The translations under genes and the position numbers were made by a program. The notes under the pieces were generated by a model. It ran no database searches. It saw only the letters and a program-made list of their open reading frames with translations, and was not told the DNA's origin. Shown here one piece after another: positions 53,103 to 64,000 of a stretch of DNA of 64,000 bases. Position 1 is the first letter of the stretch. Each line of letters starts with the position of its first letter. Source of the stretch: Psilocybe cubensis (lineage: Eukaryota); the NCBI GenBank assembly GCA_017499595.2, contig CM039008.1, positions 124,001 to 188,000 of the forward strand, written 5' to 3'.

Positions 53103-54945
53103 ATACCAAGAATACACTCGTTTTTGATGCCTTATTATTGAGAAATTAAGTAAAGCAAATGAAGATGCGAAAGTGTATAAAAAGTTGCAACAGAAGTGGC
53201 AAGCATCCGAAACCAAAAGTGGAAGATGCAAAAGCGAAAGCAAAAGTTGCAAAAGTCCTGAAAAGTCCCAGCGTAAGTGATTTACCCGCAAGCGCTAGAG
53301 GGTGTAGTTTTACTGATGCAGTGTATAACTGATCCTGTTTGACAATGATTTGGGATCATCCTTGGCTGCAGGCGCAATAATGCTTTGGTATTGGCCTTGG
53401 CTTGGGGTGCGGATTTCTAGTAAGTATTTCAATGTCCCCATGTCACAGCTGAAAGGGAAAGGGAATTACAAAGTCCCATTGAAGCACCCTAGTCAAGGCG
53501 GGTCTTGGGAACAGCTGATGGACCAGAGGAAACTCATACAGTCTACTTACCTAAAATTGTGTTCTTCATTTGAAATAAAAGATAACATGATTATAAGGTA
53601 AAAACTATGTCAGTGCATCGTCAGTGCACCATTAATGAAGGTCAGTGTATGTCAGTGCATGTGAGTGCACCGTCAGTGCATGTAAGTGCACCGCCAGTGC
53701 ATGTCAGTGCAAAGTCAGTGCAATTGCTTGGCGGTCAGTGCATGTGTCAGTGCATCAACTCTTGGTATTCAGTATAGAGATAATTCTAGGAGGATAGTAG
53801 ATTTCTAGACACTTATAATACATTCAAAATCCGTCTAAGTAATCCTGCACTGAACACAGTTTCATTTTATATAAGTACAGACTTCAACTTTTTCACAAAT
53901 CCTAAGTGATGTCAGTGCATGTCAGTGCATAGACATTATATTGTCAGCGCATGTCAGTGCCGACGTGCACTTACATGCACTGACATGCACTGACATTTCT
54001 TGTTGCCCTTACCGGAAGAACCTCTCACCAGCGCCGGATTTCAGATTATCATACTTCTATGATAGTATTAGCACATGGTGTATATAGGTAGGTACAAATC
54101 AAATTCCCAGATCCGGCCATGTAGATGGGAAGTTAACGAGCTAGGAAACAGTAAATATCCTATAATGCCTTATTATAAGGACGAAAATAGAAGGACGGTG
54201 GTTGCTTTAAGGAATAACATAGCGCTAACCCCCCATCCGTCGACCTTGCAGCCTCGCTCACCCTCTTGCATTCGCCCCTCATTCTCCGGGAAGATCCTCT
54301 TCTTGGTTTGCAGTCGTATTTACAATGACCCTAATAGTAGATAACAAAAAAGGGTCCACTCCTGATATGTATTGCCGCGTACAAGACCCTGTATTGATTC
54401 ATATCAGATGATCATGTACAGTTGAATCCCAAATCTAACTGAACGAAGTGCTTAAATTGTCCGAGCGTGGGTAGAGCCTCGAGCGTAGAGTCATTTACTA
54501 AAGAATTTAAGTTTAATCTGTGTTCAAAGGCGCACATTGATGTTATCTGAACACCAACTTGTCGAAAGAATCTCGTTATGACGGGCTGATTCATCACAGA
54601 ATCAATGGATTGTTTATTAAGGTCTTCTCCAAGCTATGAAGAATCGTGTGCGAAGTTGAATATTTGAAACAAAATGAGGATTCTGTATCCCTAAAACACC
54701 TCCACAGTCGTTTATTTACTGCCTGTAGGAATGATGGAAGGATATGTAAGCAAACTAACGACACACATATCTGGAAAATCAAGCTCGATACAATGGGAGT
54801 CAATAGAAAATCATCGTGATAATACCACAAAAATAGGGGAGCAGATGTATAAAAGAGTCAACTAGCTTTCCAACATTGTTGTCATTTAGTAAGAAAAAGA
54901 CCCACCATCTAAAACAACCCCAGAAATAATTGAAAACACGTAACA

Positions 54946-55586
54946 ATGCCTAGAGTACGTCACTCGCTCCTCTTCCGACTTTCACTGATATCCCCACCCA
55001 CCCACCACTTCATCTTCGTATACTCTGTCCTCTGACAGCACATTCCCAACGAGCACTATACTAGCAACCCGAACGTGGTCGTTCCCAATGCGACCAATTT
55101 CCCCGACATCGAGCACCGCGAGCATTCAAGTGACACAACTCACTACCTCCTCCCCGCTGTGTTCAACATAGAGCAAGGCGCCGAGTTTACATGGAAGTAC
55201 CTTGGCCCGGGGGTTGTTCATTTCACTGATGGTGTGTCTTCCGATTTCTACTCTCCCCGCGCCGTATTTTGTGCTTGTGCTTCTTTTGGGATCTGCTTGG
55301 CTGATATGTAGATAATACTGATGTGTCTAGGCAAAATCGTATTTGAGGACACCGCGAAGCCTGGAGTTGAGACAGTGCTTAAAGCAGGTTCAGTTCTTCA
55401 CGGAGAAGAAGGCGCTATTACCCACTGGCACTGCAACTCCTCCGCCGGATCCAAAGGTTAGTATTGGTTTACCAGAAAGTCACATTTTCTTATGACTCAC
55501 ATTGCCACGGAATGTGCAAAGGATTCGCGGTATTCCATGTACCGGTGTCTGTCAAGAGCATTGACGAATTTATCATTCGCGCATAA
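54946..55586 (+). CDS. Small cupin-like protein, paralogue F (4 exons)
   Basis: TATAAAA at 54848; ATG CCT AGA|GT; FPDIEHREH...YLLPAVF...YLGPGVVHFTDG|KIVFED...GSVLHGEEGAITHWHC...|GFAVFHVPVSVKSIDEFIIRA*. Confidence 0.85.
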
Positions 55587-56226
55587 TACGCTGTTGTGAT
55601 CTTTGCACGTTCGATGATGGCATTTCGTCCAGGTGAACGTGTAGATACAAGCAATTTTTGGAAACTACAAGCCTTAATAGCTTAAATGCTTATCACTTTG
55701 GAATAGTTGTAAAGATCATTGCAAACACACCTGAGCAACGACAGTTCCTTCATTTACTGGGAAAAAATCAGAGTATTGAAACCAAAACAGTGTTTTGGGC
55801 CCTTTCAATTTTTTGGTAAATAAGGCATAAATCCGCATGGGGACCTTTCTTTTTACTTATGTCGTAGAATTTAAGGGCCTCGACCAGGGCCGCTGCCGTT
55901 TTCGGCGATCATGATCGAAAGTTGATCGTATTCGCGTCATAGTCGTGTGCCGTTGCCCCTCCGCGAGCGATGTCCATTTTGAGCAATCACCGGTGATGGC
56001 CCTTCCTCGTGAGTGATGCGCCGGAGATAACGGCCACAGCGACGCGCGTCGCTTCCGTCGTCATCAAGAGTGCACAGCGCGCTGTTTTGCGTTTCCTGCT
56101 CGTAAACCTGCTCTCGTGCTTCGTCAAAGTTATGTATATTTGCATTTAGAACAGAGTAGAGTAATATGATATTAAAAGTATAGTAAAATAGCAATAGGAA
56201 CAAACAAAAGATAACACAAACGAAGA

Positions 56227-58603
56227 TCAAATGATGATCTTGCGGCGGCGCTGCTCGCATTCACCTCGAATTTGCTGTGCTTTTCGGATAGCTTTTAGCA
56301 GGGGCGTAAAGCCCTTGGAGTGCTCTGGATATGCGAGCATGAATGCCGATTTATCTCGCTTGTAGCTACAAATGAAAGCCAGCCACAAAATTAGTTGTTA
56401 AGAACTCTCAGAATGAACAAATCACAGACATACTGGTCAATAAACTCCAGAGCAACCGTCTGGCGCTGTCCATACTTCTGTGACTCGCCAGAGTCCTTAT
56501 GCCACTGAGGATCCCATAACTTCATTGGGACATAAAGAGATCGGACAGGATCTGCTTCTTCCCAATCTTTTGCCACTTGTTCAAAAGCCCTTGCAAGAAG
56601 CTTTCGGGGAAGGCCTGGAATAAGGTGACGACGTGAATCGACACCTTTCTTACTGTCGTCAAAGCGAATCAAACCAGTGAGGTGGTGGGGTGAAGTAAAA
56701 ACAGCCGGAGTGGGCATTTCAGACTCCAAGTCAACTGATGTGCAGTTACTTGAGCCGGAGAAACCTTGCACGGAATGAGGTACCGTGATTTCCTATGTAG
56801 CACATTGATATAGCACTTTAGATAGAATAATAATAACAAAAATTTTCATACCGTAGTGTGTTGTTCTTGTAGTTCCTTGAGACGAGAATGGATGGTGTCA
56901 ATTTGTTGAGCAACTTGGCGAGTAAATCCAGCAACAATTTCGGCCGGGGGTGCAGCATTCAATACCAACTTGTGATCTACGTTCAGATCATCTGCTACAT
57001 TTTTGGGGCAAAGGGCGTTGCTGTGATCTTCTTCGTAAGTGTATAGCTCATCTAAAAGATACCTGATTAAGGTATCCCGCTTAGATTTCAAAAAGAAACT
57101 ATTAGTGACATTCAACGAGCATTCTTGAGTGTTACTCACATGCTCTCCAGTTGCCCATCCACCCCACCATCGTATCCGAGCCAATGTCCATCGCTCTCCA
57201 AGCGGTGCAAACATAAATCTGTACTGTGCACCGCCCCGTCTAAAGCAGTGCGTTGTAAAAAATGCTGCACCGTGAATACCAGACTCAGAGGCCATTTGAT
57301 TGATTTTCTTTTGAGCAATTTCGGCTGTCATTGCTCGAGAGGGCTGGACAGATATGCCGTTTGTTCCTATTATTGGAAATATAAAGTCGTCGGGCTGGAG
57401 TGGTCTACCAAGAAGGATGGCCTCGTAAAACTCAAGCCAGTCCAGGAGGTGTGTATACATATCAATTTCCGGCGTTTTTGGTTGTTGATAAATCATATAT
57501 GTGTGGCCTGCAGTGCATCGTTTTGATCAGAATACATGGATTAGATTTTAATCAATTAGTATCTTACCGCTTAGCTGATGTTCCCCATTCTTTTCCCGCT
57601 TTTGCCAGTTTTTCCGGTTTCGTAGATTAAGCCTAAAAAAATGGTGGCCGTTACTAGTGCGTTGACGACCCATAGGAAACTCGAAGTGCTTGTACTGGAG
57701 AGAAGTGGCCTCGCCAACCCTAAAAAAGAATTATCACGTCAGGTGAGTATACAGATTAATGTGACCGTAATTAGTAGCAGACGTACCTCATCCATATTGT
57801 AAACGCAGATGTAGATAATGCATTAAACAAAAGGTGATTACACCTTGCCGTGATTTCCTTTCGCTGATTCAGCAACTTGCGCGATGAATCAATTGAAGGG
57901 CATTTATGTTTAAAATTGCGAAGTAGATATTGCATATCTTGAATTGATATTGCGCGTGAGTGTTTTCTTTCGCCTTCGCCGTCTTTTTGTTTGCAAGCGG
58001 CTACTTGATCCTCGACTTCTGCAGATCGCACTGGATTTCCTACCCATTCTTTGCTATGAACATCAAAATGCCACTTTCCACGATATTTGTCACCGCTCCT
58101 ACCAAAAAATAGTAAGCTGACATTGATACACAGATCTTAAACTAACACACGTACATCTGGTCATAGTGCCGAAGAAATGCAGCATGAATGGCAGATGCCG
58201 TTGATTTGCCACGATTATGCGTGTAGCACTTGAATGCGATAAACATAGAAATGGCAAGGGGGGTGCATTCAATAGGAAAACTGTCAAATGCTTCTCGAAA
58301 CTGAGCAGGCATGCAAAATTCAGTACTATTGAGTGATTGAATGCTTTCCTCGCCTTCTGTTGACAAATTTTGAGCAGCATTATCATTCCCACACCATTCC
58401 CCTTCTGCCCGACTTTCCTCAAGAACAAAGTTCTCTAGAAATTGTCTTCCACGTCGAATATGTCCGAAATAGTTTTCGGTGGTTGCTGCAGCCTTTCCGT
58501 GCTGCTTGATTCCATCTGTTGCGGTTTTTCGAATGTCAGCATAGCTTGGAGGTATATTTACGGCTGATTTTGGCTTGATAGATATTTTAGCAGACTTTGG
58601 CAT
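56227..58603 (-). CDS. Crypton-like tyrosine recombinase, multi-exon
   Basis: Box I FTIWMR|VGEATSL (RxxExxxL); LRNRKNWQK; FIFP; box II FTTHCFRRGGAQY (HxxR); RWWGGW; TLIRYLL (candidate catalytic Tyr); N-terminal GNPVRSAEV; C-terminal KDWEEADP...PMKLW...KYGQRQTVALEF domain; no RT/RNase H nearby. Confidence 0.85.
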
Positions 58604-58933
58604 GGTGAAAGTATGATTGTAGTATCTACAGAGTACACCTGCATTGCAAAGATTATGCTACGCCGGTAAACGGAATCAGTTTGAAACATTTGTTTTAAGG
58701 TCTAATTTAGGGGCTTCTTAATTGGGAAACGGAAACCTGGCTAATGAGCGAGATACTGTTTTTTTTGCAGATTACAACGGCGAACTGAGAACACACTTTA
58801 TGGTACTACGTAACTACTAATTATTACACAGAATGTACGGCAAGACTGGTTAAAAGAAGAAGTAAGGAATGATAAAAATTGGGAGTAAAATGACATTAGC
58901 CGTAAGCCTAGAAGTCAACGTGAAATTGGAAAG

Positions 58934-60768
58934 TTATGCAGCAAGAACCTATTTCATGGATGAAGCGAATAGAAACCATAATCCATAATCAACTTACTGG
59001 CGTATAGAGCTCTAACTGACCATCAAATGAAACTCGTGGATGCTCTGCATAGAATTTTGCAACTTTTTGACTCGAAAATGCCTGTAAAATTGGCTCGGGA
59101 ATCCATATCAACATTTGAATGGTTGTCGAAAGGCCCTCGATCGAGGAAGGGTGTGTGCCAGCATGCCTAACAACGGAAGTTGCTGCCTCAGCAGCGAGGG
59201 CATTGATCCACATTGTCAACCGAATGTTAACAAATGTTTTGGATGATTTTGCACGTGTCATGAAGCGAATGTTAGATTTTAAAGCTGACACGTCATTTTG
59301 AGTATGCTCGACAGGAGAAAATGACGATAGCTAGTATATTCACAACGGATACATGTAAGCAAAACAATACAGTAAAAATGAGCAGACAAGCATACCTGTA
59401 TAAATTTACGAATGAAATATCCGTCCCATATATTGCTCACAAATCTAGAAGCAATTGTTGGGCCCCAACCAAATAACCGGCCACAAGTAGCAGCCAGCTT
59501 TGAGTTATCAGGTACCTCCGGAATAAACCATTGGTTACTATGTGCCAAACTACCCGGTTGTGACTCCGAAGTAAGAGGATGACTATACAGCTTGAGCACT
59601 TTTGGGTCCGGAAATGCATCGGAAACATTAGCTGCAACCTTTGGATGCTTCCTACCAATACGCCCACTATAATCATGCTCAAGTTCATTGCACAAAGAAA
59701 TGTGCCACTCTTTCAAAAATATTTTTAGCATGTTTTCGTCATACTCATGGGCAGCATCAAATAACTGCTGAGCTAGCGGGCCCGATGCAAGTGCCGAAGC
59801 CGTAATTGGTCCACAACCCTTGAGTCCGATCTAGATAATGTAGATTTTCAGATTAGCAAGAGAATCTATACTTCATATAATAATCACGTACTGTATCATA
59901 GTCACCGCCACAAACTACCGCCAAAAAAAGAAGTGCAGCCGGCGAAAATGCATTAGGGTTAGGCTGCGCAGCTAAAGCACCTGCAGTATAGACCTCAACA
60001 ATGTCCTTTTCCTTCGCATCTTTTACATTCCTATATATGAATTAGAAATAGCTTGAACTAATAAAACACAAAAAACCAACATTCGCAAAATTTGTGGAGC
60101 ACCAAAAAGAAATGCATCACTGTCTACTGTAAGAACAGCATCAACAGCGTGAATTCTATTCATATATGCAAGCTCGGCCTCCGCCTCCCCTGGAGCCTGC
60201 AAATTAGATATCAATATAAATACACTAAATCAAGAATTGTAACAACATACCGTATGGTAGTGAAACCCAAACCCGTTAATTAACTCTTTGAATGCTTTGG
60301 TCATCCAATGAGGCATCGTTCGAACACGGCGTCCCCTTTTGGTTTTCGGACGGTTTGCGCCATCAAATACAAACACAGCGCTTATAGCGCATCGTGAAAG
60401 CATTGCCAAACGGAAGAAAAGAGTGCGTAGTTCGGGATTCTGTCCTGCCTGAGCATGAGAATGCCCAGCAAAAATTGCCTGTGTGGAGTAGAACCATGGA
60501 CTATTATGCACACGGCGCACCATACATTCAATAATAAGCACAAAAAAACGCCAGAAAAGTCTAATCCACCTACCTTGCATCAATGCCAATGACTAAAACT
60601 CCAGTACCATGCCGTCTGCTTACAACACCTTCTTGTACGGACATTTCTAATAGTGATTTTCTCTGTGCAACGGGCTCAAGCATCTAAATCGGCAGTCAAT
60701 TCAAAGATTAGATCAGTATCACACAACAGCATGCTGTAACGTACCTTCCATAACTTATTGATACCCAT
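58934..60768 (-). CDS. XPG/Rad2-family (GEN1/Yen1-like) structure-specific nuclease, multi-exon
   Basis: MGINKLWK|...VIGIDAS; NPELRTLFFRL; VFVFDGANRPKTKRG; APGEAEAELAYMN; VDAVLTVDSDAFLFGA; H3TH GGDYDT|IGLKGCG; FPDPKVLKLYSHPLTS. Acidic active-site residues present. Confidence 0.9.
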
Positions 60769-62187
60769 GATGAATAGAGATTTTGAGAGAATAAGAAGAC
60801 AACGGTAATTGAATGCGCTTAGAAGAAATGATGAGTGTCAAAAACAAGTATTGTCGTACCAGACATTTCACCCAATGTTTCGGTGACCGCACCATAAATC
60901 CGTGACTTTGGTCTGCTACCCAACCTTTGGCTATGTCTAGCTTTTGTCCAGTCAGTACTATTGAGTTTGTCAGTTTATATCAGAGTATAGAAAGTCGGAT
61001 TTACGGTATCAAATTTTTGAGGGAGGTCTATATTCTTTAGTACAAGGAATGCAAACCAGTCAACAAAACGGACCCAAACTGCGAACCGCAGACTCAACGT
61101 CAGGTGATACCGTGATATCTAAAAATAGGTTCATTGACTTCACCATTCCGCAGATTTTGTCAACCGTTGCACGCTTGTGTCCTTCTCAGCATTGAAATAA
61201 TTATACACTAGTAGCTGTATAATTCACTAAATTCACTAAATTTCTTAAATTTCTTAAATTCTTCCCAAACGGAGACCAGGGATCTCAATGACAGATGTTG
61301 TACTGCATATCAGTGCTGTTTCCGATTTTTGTTGGAAGATCAAGATGTTATATTAGTACCCAGTAATTTTGTAAGGCATTAACAGAGATTCTTTACTTAA
61401 AATTTAATATCCCGAGAATTGTACATTGAATGTGTTATTTTTGAAAGAAGTCTGCTAGTTTATTCATCATGTATTCCTATCATATTTCCCTCACGTTCAC
61501 CTCAACTTCACATATCTCACGCCCCCTTTCTTGTTTGGTCATTTTTCCACACCATGTTCTTATTCATGGGGCGCATGATGGAAGTCCCGTTTATACTGGC
61601 ATTGCACTTGGGGATACGGAATTGGATACAGTTTTATGACGGGCTTTTGTAACAAAACGGATCTTTTTATTGCCTTCTTTGCTCAGTTGGAACCTAGCGC
61701 TTTCAACGCCTCTCGACCTCACACCTACACCCCATCCTGTCAACCCACCCAATGCGGTTTGGACATATTCTAATGCCTTACCTTTTGCCTTTTTTGTCAC
61801 TTGCCGCGCCTATAGCTAGTCCATCAGCTTGTGCAAGCCTCAATCTAGTCGCTGATTTGGCCAATTGGGTTTGGGATAAGTGCCCACTGTTATGGCACCA
61901 CCGTCCGATCTTTTTTGGTGTCTTGTCCCGGCCTCCAGGGACATCATAAGGCTGCCGTTAGATCCACATCGTGGATTTTCAGAATTTAAGACGGCACGTT
62001 AAAATCGACCGATTAACTAGACTTACTTCTTCAAGGTAAGCAGAAGGTCTGTGCGTGTGAACCTAATGAACCTCCGCGCGGCCGGAATACTTGTGCCGAG
62101 ATTGCACTTGTCGTTTTGCTCATTAAAATGCCGTAAAGCAGGCGTGGCGTCAGCACAACAGGGCAACGCAGGTTACGACCACATCTC

Positions 62188-64000
62188 ATGGGTTGTTGTA
62201 TCTCTGTTATCTCACCTAGCTCAACCAAATCTAAGAGAACTTCTCAACCTCTCGAAAACCCCACTTTTCGACGACCTTCATCCATCTGTCAAGTATGTTG
62301 GGAAACAGTATTCTCTGTACAGCTTGGCTTGTTATGCAAGCCGCTAGTTCGCACCGATGCTGACGAACCACCAAGAGGAGGCCTTTCTTACACAATTACA
62401 ATGGAAGATATCAAAAAGAATGCTTTTTCTGAATGCCAATGGTGCATGTTCATTCTCACACTTATACAGGAAGACACTCGTAGATCAGGGAGTGGTACAC
62501 TCGACATTATCATGGGTATCAGACCTCAAAACGGCTACCTAGGATCGCCAAAGAACACACAAGCGCTTTGCATATACATCAACAACTTTCTAAGCTTTGA
62601 AGGATTTTTATATGCTGATGCAGGTATTCGGCGCAGTTCCTTACTTATATAATCCATATTCACCGGATTGAGTCAGACAGTCCATCAGCAGAGTATATTA
62701 CTGCTAGAAGTCGTATCATCGAGGTCGGGTCTTCTCAGGCCCTCTCACTATGCAAAAAGCACCTGGACGAGTGTGTACGCTCTCATAAACGTTGTTCTCC
62801 ACGCGTCGACCCATGTCCTCCATTACCCACCCGCGTGATAGATTGCAGCGACGCCAACAATCCCCGACTTGTGGAGACAACAAACCTAGAAGGCTCGTAC
62901 TGCACACTAAGCTACGTCTGGGGTGAAGCCCAACCTCACAGTACCAATAAAAACAACATCAAGGCATATACTGACAAAATTGACACTACGCGTCTCCCCA
63001 AGACCATACTTAATGCGATCCACACCACCACTGCACTGGGTTTGCGTTACCTCTGGATAGACTCCCTATGCATAATTCAAGACTCTGAAGACGACAAGTT
63101 GCTTGAGATCGCGCGCATGGGGCACATTTACCGCAATGCATATGTTACCATCATTGCTGCGAGTGCTCAACGCGTAAGCACAGGATTCTTGGAGCCACGC
63201 CCGCCCGTTCCACCTGCCCAGTTTCCGCGTGACATTTCCATGCCGTTCCCCTGCTTCCCAGAAGAAGAAGGAAATCGTACCCCTTTCACCCTCGGAACCG
63301 TGCGCATGTCCCCTACATCATTTTACGCAGAGTCAGAGGATACGTTCGACAAATGGTCCGACTACTTCCCAGGAATGGAGCCCGTAAACGAGCGCGCGTG
63401 GTGTCTGCAGGAATACGCTATGTCTCCACGCGCACTCGTCTTCGCGTCCCATACGGTACAGTTTCACTGTCGTACTGGGGGCGCGCAGAATGTCGGCGGG
63501 TCATATGGTGACCACCCAGACCGCGAAAATCTGCTTCCTGCCTCCTTCTTCGCACAAGAAGGTTCAAAAGATGTGAAAACGGTGACCCGAGGCTCGCCAG
63601 CCTGGGTATCCGCGCGGTTCGCATGGCACTCTGCGGTAGAGGGATATACGCGCCGTGCGCTTACGAAACCCGAGGACAAATTTGTGGCTTTTGCCGGTGT
63701 TGCAGAGGCATTCCAGCCTGTTTGGGGCGGGGTCTACCTTGCAGGACTGTGGCAGGACACACTCCTCTCCGATTTACTTTGGTCAAAGTTTGCTGATATG
63801 GATATGCCACGTCCAAAAGTTTACCGTGCACCATCATGGTCGTGGGCATCTATAGACGGATCTATCATTCCTGGAAAGCTATATGATAAAGAGTTGCATG
63901 AAGGGGATACTCTTGCCAGTGTTATCGACTGCAAAGTGGAGCTAAAATACAGTGAGCACCCGTTTGGAGAGGTTAATAGGGGTGTTCTGGTTCTTCGTGC
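62188..64000 (+). CDS. HET-domain protein, copy 2, 3'-partial (intron 62624-62676)
   Basis: MGCCIS...RPSSICQVCWETVFSVQLGLL; LPTRVIDC; YCTLSYVWG; YLWIDSLCIIQD; RAWCLQE; YRAPSWSWAS; colinear with 22403-24553, same intron position. Confidence 0.92.

Larger units (their letters stand above)
46488..53323. mobile_element. Plavaka-type DNA transposon (~6.8 kb) with two divergent genes
   Basis: Imperfect TIR CATCAGTAAAAGTACAACCCT (46492) vs AGGGTGTAGTTTTACTGATGCAGTG (ends 53323); AAAGT/ACTTT subterminal repeats at both ends; TAT on both flanks; absent from host copy 1. Confidence 0.8.
46045..54008. mobile_element. ATGTCAGTGC-repeat DNA transposon, copy 2, complete ends with probable 9-bp TSD (Mutator-like geometry); hosts the Plavaka element
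   Basis: TTACCGGAA|GGGCACTGGAAAATGTCAGTGC ... GCACTGACATTTCTTGTTGCCC|TTACCGGAA; arrays of (AT)GTCAGTGC at 46057-46160 and 53608-53997. Confidence 0.88.

Noticed and set aside
56227-58603. Starship captain or DIRS/Ngaro retroelement
   Set aside because: No RT/RNase H genes nearby; motifs resemble Crypton-type rather than DUF3435 recombinases, and no large cargo boundary is evident.
55826-61990. Short direct repeats as ends of the YR cassette: CATAAATCCG (55826/60893), GCTGCCGTT (55892/61951), AGAATTTAAG (55866/61981)
   Set aside because: 9-10 bp matches between flanks of this size can arise by chance, and the candidates conflict with each other; ends need multi-copy alignment.

Overview
Eukaryotic, intron-rich DNA with short (~50-70 nt) GT-AG introns and gene families typical of a mushroom-forming basidiomycete (Agaricomycetes); the taxon is an inference. 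The left ~13 kb looks like ordinary genome: a 5'-truncated Rab-GAP/TBC gene, a multi-intron cytochrome P450 and a membrane-anchored hypothetical gene. From ~13.6 kb to the end the window is an accessory, duplication- and transposon-rich island. It holds six paralogues of a small four-exon cupin-like gene, two HET-domain genes, two F-box-like genes, a divergent pair of small secreted Cys proteins, an actinobacterial-type AA10 LPMO with an intronless CDS, and two intron-containing tRNA-Ala genes. It also holds two nests of DNA transposons: two copies of an ATGTCAGTGC-repeat element, one hosting an IS3EU-like element that itself hosts a CAC..GTG MITE, the other hosting a full Plavaka element. The best candidate for an undescribed system is a cassette at 56.2-60.8 kb that pairs an apparently intact Crypton-like tyrosine recombinase with an apparently intact GEN1/Yen1-like (XPG family) nuclease, next to a cluster of perfect palindromes. 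Gene models were spliced by eye, and family assignments come from motif recognition, not database searches.
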